Positions 50,305-61,200 of a stretch of DNA of 64,000 nucleotides are shown here, one piece after another (within the stretch, counting starts at the first letter, position 1; each line of letters starts with the position of its first letter). A program made the translations under genes and the position numbers. Where the stretch lies: positions 62,001-126,000 of the forward strand of contig LSRY02000010.1 of assembly GCA_001643675.2 (NCBI GenBank), given 5' to 3'. Source of the DNA: Monocercomonoides exilis PA203 (lineage: Eukaryota; Protista; Preaxostyla). The notes under the pieces were generated by a model, which searched no databases, had not been told where the DNA came from, and was given only the letters and a program-made list of their open reading frames with translations.

Positions 50305-52299
50305 GTCAATATGTTGATATATGAGGCAAGAAATCTGCTCTTTTCTCATAAAAAGGGAAACTTTCAACAACGCAAGAAATGATTGAGAGCGGATTGGGAA
50401 ATATTAAAAGAAATTTAAAATGCTTGATATATTAGAAAAATTATTCTCCATTGAACGAATTTATGCTCACCAAAAAGAATGATCTGTTGACTTGCTTAGC
50501 GCTGTAATGATAGAATATAAATTTGCTTTGCATTTTGCAAAGAGTTATCTATTCACTTTGTGATTATTTTATGTTTTGAATTTTCAAATGAGTTAATACA
50601 GATTTTTTTTTTCTTTTTTGTGGAGGAGGAAATGTATTAGAATTTCCGAGTTGTTGAATATGAGAAATGTCTGTGAAGAAGATTTGACTCTGTTATGTAT
50701 TTATTTTTGGTTTTTGTGATATATTTTTTAAAATACATTTTTTAAAAAAATTTCTTTTTTTTTTAATTGAGATTGTATTTCCCTCTCTCTTTTAAATAAT
50801 TTATTGGATTTTTCGTTGCCTTTTCTTTTGAAAACTTTTCAATATCGAAGGAAAAAATTCCGGAAAAGTTTCCTTATTTAGTACTGTAACTTTAAGTCAT
50901 GCAATTATTCAAGTTTTGTTTGAACTATTATTTATTAGAAAATTGTTTTGAGAACTAAACTTCTTGATATTTGTGAAAAGAATTTTGAAAAATCAAACAA
51001 CTATGAGTTAATTTACAAGTATTATTTTTCCTTCAGGTATAATTTTCACAAATTCAAAACCCGAAGTTCAAAAATAATTTGAAAAAACAAAAATTATCAC
51101 AAAAAAAGTTAATAAATGAATAAAAAGTTTTTAAAGAAAAATAACATACATTTCCCATCCATTTTTCAGTTTTATCTTGTGCTTGATTGTGTTCAACAAC
51201 AATAGTTGAATCAAAATTATTTTCTGATCACAAATGAATAAGTTCAAGAGTAAATGGATTCTTTCAATACAAACAACTTGTCCAATTATGAAGATTGTTT
51301 TTGTTTGAGCTTTTAATAAATAAATAAATAAATAAATAAAAAATCTCAATCCATGATACTAAATATTTATCAGTATTCTCTCTCTCTTTCTTTTTTCCCC
51401 GCAAACCCCTTTGATGTGAACATTAATCCTTATTTAATGTTAATCTGCACATCAATTTGCTTTTTCTTTCTGGAATATTTCGGCAAAAACCTTTATAATT
51501 TGAAATGAATGTTTAATAACTTGAATAAATACTTACACGTGATTCTGCGAGCAGCTCTTTTGAAAAATGAAATAGATCATAAATAATTAATCAAAGAGAA
51601 GCGCTGGCAATGAATTATATGGTCTCTTTCATTCTTTTTCTTTCTTCTTTTCCCTTCTCTTTCTTTCTTTTTTCCTTCATTTTGTTCAACATTATTGTTC
51701 TTCATGTTTTTTGAATCGTTTGTCAATTCACTAATTCATCTCTTGTGCTTTCATATTTCTTTGTTTTATTCAGAAGAACATTCTCTCTCACACAATTTCA
51801 CATTTGATTTTTTGTCTTCCATTTTTGTTTGTTTCCCACAAAACATTCAAATCACCTCAGAAGATTCTCTGAAAGATGTTGATTGGCAAGCACTTGGCGA
51901 AAAGCGTTTCTGTGCAATATTTCTTTTTTTTGAAGATATCTTTGATAGAGAAAGGAGCAAAAACCAACGCCAAGAATCTCTCAGAATCAACTGTTTTGCT
52001 TTGAATCTGTTTGAAATAAGACAAAAACAAACAAACGAAATGCCAACAACAACAATAAAACAAAATAAATCAACAAATGTCCTCTGAACAGCTTTCACAG
52101 TTTGTTTCTCTTTCTCTTTTCCTTCTTTTGCACATTTTCCATTTTCCCCTCTGATTGAATTCCATTCTCCATTTTTGTTATCATTCTTCTCAAAAAACAT
52201 ATTTTCCTTTTTCTGACTTTTTTAGAAAGTTTCATTCGGTTCTCCTCTGATATTTCTGGGCTGTTGGATGCACAACAGTTTTTGCAATGGAACGCAAAC

Positions 52300-55200
52300 T
52301 CAAGCAGTCAGCTCCTTCAACAGCCGCTGGGCCTCCTCTCGAGCGCGCGAGCTGATCTCGACTGTGCTCCTTTTCTCCTCGCTTGCCGACTCCTCCAGGC
52401 TTATTGCGTCTGATGCTGTGAACATCACAGCGCCTGCCGGCATGCGGCCCAGCAGCTCTCTCTTCACCCCCTCCAGCGATGGCCGTTTCTGCCAGTCGTA
52501 CCACAGCAGCGCCTCCACAAACTCCGCAAAGTCTGAGCCTCTCACCAGCTTCAGATTCGGCCTCTCCCCGCTCGCGATCTTCTTCCCTGCAATCACTGCC
52601 TCATACTCCCCAAATGGCACATCGAGCGTCAGACACTCCCACAGCATCATCCCAATCGAGAACGCAACTGTCTTCTTTGTGGCATGCTTCTTTGCCCCGT
52701 TCATCAGCTCCGGCGCCTTCCATCGCAAACACTCATTTCTGTTGTCTTCATCATCCTCAAACGCTGATGAAGGTGGGGGAGTGCGTGTGTATCTCTTGCT
52801 CCTTCTTGAGCCATCAGACGAAGATGTTACAATCGTGGATGATGAAATTGAAGATGAATAGGAATCATCAGATGAAGAACAGTCAGAGTGCATGGCGATG
52901 CAGATGACCATGTGTTCTGAAAACAGCACAATGTGAGGACTCAGATTAGCCAACGATTGAAGTTTGTTTTCCATCTCATCAAATGAGTGAAGTGCTCCAT
53001 TTGCCACCCAGAACAGGATTTGGGCAGCGGTCACTTCTCTCTCCTGAAGAGTGCCAATCGCCATCTCTTTCTTCTCATTCCTCCCATGAAGCAGCATGAA
53101 CAGCGAATCTCGCAGATCCACAATTAGCTTCTCATGAGGCGATGAGCATGCCATTGCATCCACCAGATTCGACATCGATGAGGTGGTTGGACACATGCTC
53201 TCTGGTCGAACAAATGTTGTGTCTGTATCTGAAGTGTCTGTTGTTGAAGTGGATGAAATTGAAGGTGAGGGTGTTCTCTTCCTTGTTTCCTCTTCCTCTT
53301 CCTCCTTTTCCAGTGCCCAATCGGGAATCTTGTCTGAATCTCTCCCCAATATGTATTCTGTCGAGCCACTTTCACTCAGCAAATGCTCTGATGATTCGGA
53401 ATGTCCCAAGCTTTTCTCATACACCATCTTCTTTATCCTCTCTTCGTTCTTCTTTTCTGCTTCCCTCTCTGCTCTTCTCCACTGCTCCTCAGGTGACATC
53501 TCCATTGTGATCATTTCAAATGCCTTCGGATCCTTCTTCACTGTGTCCTCCACAATCACTTCCAATTCTTCTGCTCGTCTCTTTTGTTTACTCCACCGTA
53601 CAATAAACACAATCAAAGCGATTAACAGAATAACGACAATCACAATACACACTATGAAAGGCCATGCAATTTCTTTTTCTTTCACTGTTTCAACAACAAT
53701 TCCATCTCCACTTGTCTGGCTTTTGCTTCTGTTCTTCAACACCACAGAAGAAGTGGATGCCGAGCGGATTGGCCCAAACAGAATCGAAACAGTGACTTCT
53801 GCCTCATCTGGCGAGCCTTCGAGTATTGACGAGGGAATCGCGCCATGAGCTTCTGTCTCCGAGACAAACCCGCTCTCGGGGAATTCGTATTTCTCCACTG
53901 CCTCCTCATCGCCAAGTGCTGTGACAACCTTGAACAAGAGGTTGCAGGGCAGGAGAAGCGCCCCACAAAACACAAGCTGTGTGGTTGTGCCTGTCTGTGC
54001 CATGGTCACGTTCGTCAGCTGTGGGATGAACAATGGAGATGCCCGGTCACTTGCCAAACCCCCCAGCTCGCACCCTTCGCTGGAAATCCACAGAGACGAG
54101 TCTGGCAGCATTCCATCTCCTCCCTTCACACTCACCAGCACCAGCTTCCCGTTTGCCTTGCACAGCACGTTTCTTCTGGCTGACTGGTAGTTCGGGATCG
54201 AAGGCGCATTGCCTGTGAAGTTGGCAGCCTCTGCACTCACACAACCCCCCGACACACTCAGTCCACCCTCAGCCGAGTTTGCAACGGTGGTGTCTGCCAT
54301 CGCCACCTCGCTCTGTTCTGCATCCACAACTGATCCATTCCAGCCGCACAGCTCCTCCGCTCCACCAGCTGCACCTGAGCTGGAAAGTGACGAAGAGGAG
54401 CCGCCAGTGCTACCATCAAACAGGCATGTGCACACCCGAGCAGCCGAGCAGCGCAATATCGATCCAGCACTTCCTCTTTCAGCATGCGACTGGCAGCCAA
54501 CAAACGAGCAGTTTTGCATGACAACAGGATTCTCCAGAGAAATCAAAGAAACAGCAGCCGACGCATCTGACTGGACAGAAATGTTGCTGAACTGGATCAA
54601 TGACAATGACATCTCATCGCTGCCTTCGTTGTCTGCCAACACCTTTCCACTCATCTTTTCCACAACAACCAATGTGCTCTCAGCCCTGATCTCCTCGAAT
54701 GAGACTTCGTGAAGAACAAACCCTTTTGTGCCCTGCGAAAGATCGAAGCAACGCTGACCCAATTCAACTGACGACAGGCTCAGCCTGTTCACTGACAGGA
54801 AGCAGTCCACACCAACAAAGAACGAGCGGAAGCCCACCGAGCGCACAGCACACTTCTCGATTGTGCATTCCCCGCTGCTGCACATGATGAGGGTGGGGAG
54901 GCTTGGAAGGCTTGGAAGGCTGCTGGGGCTGCTCTCTTCAGCAGGGCAGATGGCCGATGAGATCATTTGGAATTCAGCATTTGCGGCTGAGAACACAAAC
55001 GAGTGGGTCAAGGAGAGATCCCTGCCAGGCGCCAGCTGGATGCCTTCCACATTCACACGCCCAGCTGCCTCGACCAGAGCATCGCGTGTTTGCACAATCG
55101 GCTCGCTGAACGAGACCACTGCCATTTTGCTTGTCTTCGAGGTGAGCGATATGTTCTCGAAATCAGCCTCGCACTCGAGCAATCCCACACTCTCCACCAC

Positions 55201-58200
55201 AACAGCACTCCCATACTCAATCACAACATGGCCCAGCCCATACCCGATCGAGGCACACGGCTGCCTTGCCGAGCCGCACTGCCGGCTGTTGCTCCCGCCA
55301 CCCGCCTCGCCCCCCGCCGACGACACAAACACCACAGCCGCCTGGTATGTGGTGATGAACGAGATCAGGTCGACCACCCCTTCGCTCAGATCGTCCAGCC
55401 CGCAGATCGCGTTGATCCGGTTGTACACCCCTTCTCGCAGGTCAAACCGGAACTGCGTCTCGTTGATCTGCCCCGAGATGTTCCGGCACACAACAAAGAT
55501 GTCCCGCCCGTGCCTCGCTGCGTTGCTGTCAAACTCCATCTTCTGGAACAAAAACCCCAGCTCCCCGTCCATGCTCGTCTCCAGATACACCCCGCCGCCC
55601 ATCCCTGTTCCCGTGGAGCAGCTGCACTGCATCAGTGTCGAGTTCACACAGGCGAGCCGTCCTCCGCTGCTCAGCAAATAATGCACAGCCCCGCCCTTTT
55701 CTGTGCTGCTCGACCGGCACCCTTCCACATCTGTCTCGTTCACAACAACCTTCACCACGCCTTCTCCCCTGCTCCAAACAACACACGACTTGTTCGCTGT
55801 TTGCACAATATCCACCAACGTCGATCTGAAGATGGATATTGAGGAAGGGGAATTGGGAGAGCGGTTGGTGCTGCTTGCTGCTTCGACAAGGGAGCAGTTG
55901 GACAGGCTGCATGAAGAAATGTGGATGGCATCGAATGTGCCTGCTGATCCTGCATGCAGCAGAAACATCGAGCACACGAGATGGGCGTTTGTCGACTCAA
56001 ACTGTGTGCAGGTGAGACTTCCTGCTTCCACAACCGCAAAGGAATAAGCACCCAGCTCTGCGACACTTGTGTGTGGCTCAAAAGCACACTTGTCCAGAGC
56101 CAATGAACCCTGCTTGTTGAGGATGATTGCGCTGACTTCGTTGCTGAACCCGTTGACAGCTTGGAGGGAGATCCCTGAAAGGGAGAGGCTCCAGCTGTTC
56201 AGGAGGAATGGGTTGGATCCCTGGCTGTCTTCCTGGAACAGCAGCACTGACCGCGCTGCTTCCTCGCTGGGCAACGACTGGCAGGTGAAGTTCGACAAGT
56301 CGGCGGGACGGCTGATGGCTGTTGAGCAGCCGATGCTGATCGTTTTGTGTGCAGCCGAGGCGTCGATGTGCTCGAAGCCAGTCACAAATGATCGGCAGGG
56401 ATCGTTCGGCGATCCACACCGGGCAATGTCGAATCCGGCATTGGACAGGTGGATCTCGCTGGAGGTGTACGGAACAAGGAAGCGGAACAGATCAGCATCG
56501 ACAAATGTTTGGTCGCTCCCCACAAGCGCATTCGGATCATCGACAAACGGTTCATACGGGAAGTGGAAGGTGGCTGGGGTGACACTCGCATTGATGTCGA
56601 AGCAGTCCACATATATGTTTCTGCCTTTGGCTGCATCGTTGCTCGCAAAAGTGACTGCCTCCAAAAGGAATGGCTGCCCAGCTGCATCTGCTTCTGTGCT
56701 CTTCACATACAGCGCACCTCCTCTGCCTGTCTTCTTGTTGCACTCGCCGTGGCTGAACTCGCACCCAGCAGCACTCAGATGGCACCCGCTCCCCAGACTC
56801 ACACCAACCAGCCCGCCTGCATCGCATCCCAAGGCACGGCTCCCTTGAAATGCAGTTGTGTTCATCTCCAGAGAGCCGTTGATGCACAGGAGAGACGAAG
56901 AGGGAGCAAAAGCACCAAACACACACCCCTCCATCTGCACACTGCCTCCTTCAGCACGAACAAGTGTGCCTTCAATCTGAGGAGTGCCAGCTGGGGCAAA
57001 CGAGCAGTTGCCGAACAGAAGCTGGCCTTGAGGCGTGGAGGAGGAGATGAGCTCGGAGTGGCGAAGAAAGGCTCCTCCAGCAACAGAAAAATCGAGGCGG
57101 TTGAAGCTCAGCCTGCCTGTGCTCAGAACAACACAGCTGCGGGTGCTGTCCAGAATGGCTGATGCAAATGTGATTGTTGCCTTTTCGGTGCTGCTGCTGG
57201 AGGCGACTGTGCTGGATGTCAGGTCAAACTCGTTTTGGATGAGCGCCGATGCCTTGATGGACAGCGTCTTGTCGGCTGAGCCCGGATTGATGTTCAGCAT
57301 GCCTCGCCAGAGCGATGCACAAGGATACGCCTCTGACCCGCACCCCAGGATATCGAAGCCGCTGGGAAAGATGCAGGAGCTGGAGGCCTGGCGCTGCTGC
57401 AGGAAGAGGCGCAGATCGTGCACACCACCCGAGAAGAGCCGTTCGTCTGTTCCTTCGAGATCGTGTGGTGCATCTCCCGAGCTGATGAGATCCACCAGTC
57501 TGGCTGGTGTTGCTGTTGTGTTCAGGTCGGCACACTTCAGAAACAGGTTGTTTCCGAAGGCTGCTTCATTCCCTCCAAATGTCAGATGCGACAGCTTGAA
57601 GCTGTTTGTCGAGCTCTGGTCGATCCCGAGGAATATCCCTCCGCCTTTCCCTTTTCTTTCGCTGTTGTCATTGTAATTGCCATTGCCTTTGCCATTGATG
57701 TTTCCATCCAGCACACACTCCTGGAACGAGCAGTCAGACATATTCAGCTTTTGCGACCCAGCCAGGCTGCACCTCAGCGCTGCCCCATTCCCAGCAGACG
57801 ACCGACACCTGCTCCACGAGCAGCTCCCAGACAGCTCTGCATCCACTCCGCTCCCAATGCTGAGTGTGCTCCCGCCATTCAGCACACAGTCCTCAAACGA
57901 CGATGCCTTCAGCTCCAGTGCCCCGCTCCCTTCTCCAACAACCAGCCCAGCCCCACCTGCTGAGACCGACTCCACACTGATGCGTGTGAGATGCGCGCTC
58001 CCTCCACACATCCAGACAAACCCGCCACTTGCTGCAAAGCACATGCCCCGCACCCCAACCGCATCCAGCTGCGCCTTTCCACCCCGGATGCACAGCGCCC
58101 ATGCTCCTGTGCCTGTGTGACTCTGCTCCTCGTCTGCTGCTCTGAACTCGCACTGCCGCATCAGCAGCGTGCCTTCTCCCACCAGAACAGCTTCTGTGTG

Positions 58201-61200
58201 GCTCAGCTCTGCCGGCATGCTCAGCACCAGCTTGTGGATCGTCAGCGTGACTAGCGCCTCGCTTGGGCTCACCACCAAGTGCCCACCTGCGCCCAGCACC
58301 AGCAGCGATGTGGTGTTCCGCCCAGCAATCGTGAGTGCCTGGTTGTCTCTGCGGATCTCTGTGGCGAGTGCTGCCGAGCTCACAACCAGGATTGTTGTCT
58401 GCTTCGTGCCCATCCTCAAATACCCTTCCGACACACTCTCGCACGGAAACAGGTCTGACCCGCATGTGGGTGTGTCGCTCCCGCTCGCCTTGTCGACAAC
58501 CACAATCTCCTCGCTCGACGAGAACAGATACCGCTTCAGCGTCTCGTCCACCACTGCCCCTGAGCTCCCGTCGTGCACCCACAGCTCGTCATCCTCCATC
58601 TCTGCATCAAACGAGTCTTCGAAGTCCAGCGGCCGGATCGTGTTGCGAGGCGATGGGCACTCCAGATACAGATGCCTGCCCTTCCATGCCCTGTTCGCCA
58701 CAAATGTGTTTGACTTCATCGAGATGGCCGATGTTCTCCCCAGCATCGACACATACAGCCCCCCGCCAAGTCCGCTGTCTCCATCCACCCCGCTGCTGCT
58801 CACCTTGTTCGTGTCAAACACGAACGTGCCTGTCTGCTCCACACTCGCAAACACACTCCCTCCTTTCATGCTCGCGCTCATTATCTCACAGCTCACAAAT
58901 GTGCAGCGCTCGAAGCGTGCTGTCTGGCTGGCGCCAATGGCACAGCTCACCACCCCTCCAAACCCGGTGTGTCTGTTCAGATTCTCAAATGTGACGTTGC
59001 TCACTTCGCTGCTCCCAACCTCGCTCATCGCCACCACCGGGCAGTACTGCTGCGCCGAGTTCGAGATTGTCGAGTTCCCCAGCTTCCACACCCCAACCCT
59101 GCTGACACTCAGCGCCCCGCTCTCCGACTCTGTTGCCACATCCTCCAGCGTGAGGTTGTGGATGGCAGCTTTCTCGATCTCCTGAGCATCCCCCTCAAAC
59201 ACAAATGGCCCAACAACCCCAAAAGGCGTGCCTCTGATCTCGAAGCTGCTCATGCTCAACGACCCCCTCACAACACGCACAATCGCAAACCCACACTTCA
59301 GCCCAGCTGTTGCCTGCAGCACCGACTGGCAGCTGCTCAGCCCAAGCACCCCACCGTTGCACACAATCAATGCCTTCCTGTTTGTCAGCACAGCCGGATG
59401 CGCAAAGCACACAGAAACAAACGCCACCTCACATGATGTCTCAATCAGCCCTGCCTGTTCTCCTCGCCCACCATTCACAACACCCATCGTGCCCCCAACC
59501 TCCCCAGCCGATATCACTGTGGGACAAACCTCGAGATGCACCTCGTCTTTGAGGGTGAAGGGGCTCAGGATCTTGATCGCCACCGACTGCTGTGCCACTA
59601 GCGGGCTTGCTGCTTGCGCAATTGTCTCGCAGGGATAGTCCGAAAACCCGCACACTGCATTGTCTGCCCCGCCATCAGCCACACACCGCTCTGCCGGTGG
59701 AGCGCGGAAGAACACAACAAGGGGGATGGGTGCCTGCGTGCCAGCGGTGTCTGTGCTGCACCCACACAGATCGTTCAGATCGGCAACTCCCTCAGCAATG
59801 TCGAACACAAACCCCAGTGTTCTGTTATTGGCCACTGATGCCAGCTGCTTTGCCTGCAGGAAGAGGTTGTTCCCGCTGTCAGCTGTGCATCCGCTGAACG
59901 CCACACCCCCAACCACAAAGTCCACTGCCCCTTCCTGAAGCACACCAAACAACCCCCCGCCAAACCCTCCACTCCCGGCTCCTCCTCGATGCGATGTGCA
60001 TTTCGTGAATGTGGATGGAGCAGCAGCAGATGCTGTTGCTGAGCCTTCAGAGCTGGTGATTTTGGCTGTTCCGCCTGCCTCCATCGCAACACACACCCCA
60101 CCTCCATTGCCATCTGTCGCGCTGCACATCTCGAACGAGCATCCCTGGATCGCCAGTGTCTGCTCGCTCTTCACAGTGCACTCGACACAGCTCCCATGCC
60201 CAGTGTTCCGAGACTGGTTGATGAACGAGGTATTGGCGATCTCGAGTGAGAGCGCTTGGTCAGAATGCACAGCCTGGCAGGGATGCTCCTGCGATGCCAG
60301 CTCAAAGCGCGCATCCTCCATGGAGGCTGCTGCGCCTGCAGACCACACCCACACCAGACCCTTCGGCGACGATGTCCACGTTTCCACAAAGGACACATTC
60401 CCCATCACCAGCACACTCGTCCCGCTCATGTTTGCACACTGCGTGTCGATGAGCCTGATCCCCTGCCACACCACATCCTCCACCACAACACGCCCAGACA
60501 GCGCGGTGAACAGCGTGAATGTGTGCGAGGCAGCTGACTGGTGAGGGATGAAGGAGGCACTCGACACAGCAAGCGTGCCCTGCGAGGCCTGGCAGAACAG
60601 CGAGCGGTGCTGCTTGATGGAGAGCGGAAGCACAAAGCACAACGAAGAGAATGCGGCTGTCGACGATGGCAGCTCTCCCGAGAGCACAACCAGCCCCTCA
60701 CCACCAGATTCCTTGCCAATCACAGTGCACTCTGCTCCTGGTGCTGCTCCGCCAATCTGCAGATCTGCTGGATCAGACAGGCCCAGTGCCTCTTCCATCG
60801 CGAACGGACCTGCCACTTCAACACGCTTGGGCCATCCTGAAAGGCGCCTCACAGCCTGCGAAAGCGTGTGGCACGGATACGCTGCAAACCCGCATGCATC
60901 AACATCCAGCCCAGCTGCCGAGTCTGCATGAGCCGTGCTCCCCATTTCTCGAACGAAGAATATGAGCGGGATGGCATGTGCCTTGTCGCTGCCATCGTAC
61001 CCCTCAAACGCGTGGACAGCTGTGAGCGGGCTCTCCACCGCAAAGGGGAGCGTCTGTGCGGTGGCGACTGATCGCAGCCTCGGTGCTTCAATGAAGAGAT
61101 CGTGCCCAAACGATGCTTCGTTCGGATTGTCTGCCGAAAAGACTGGATCAGACACCACAAACGGAGCAGCCTCGCCTGCAAAGCGCACCAGCATCCCTCC

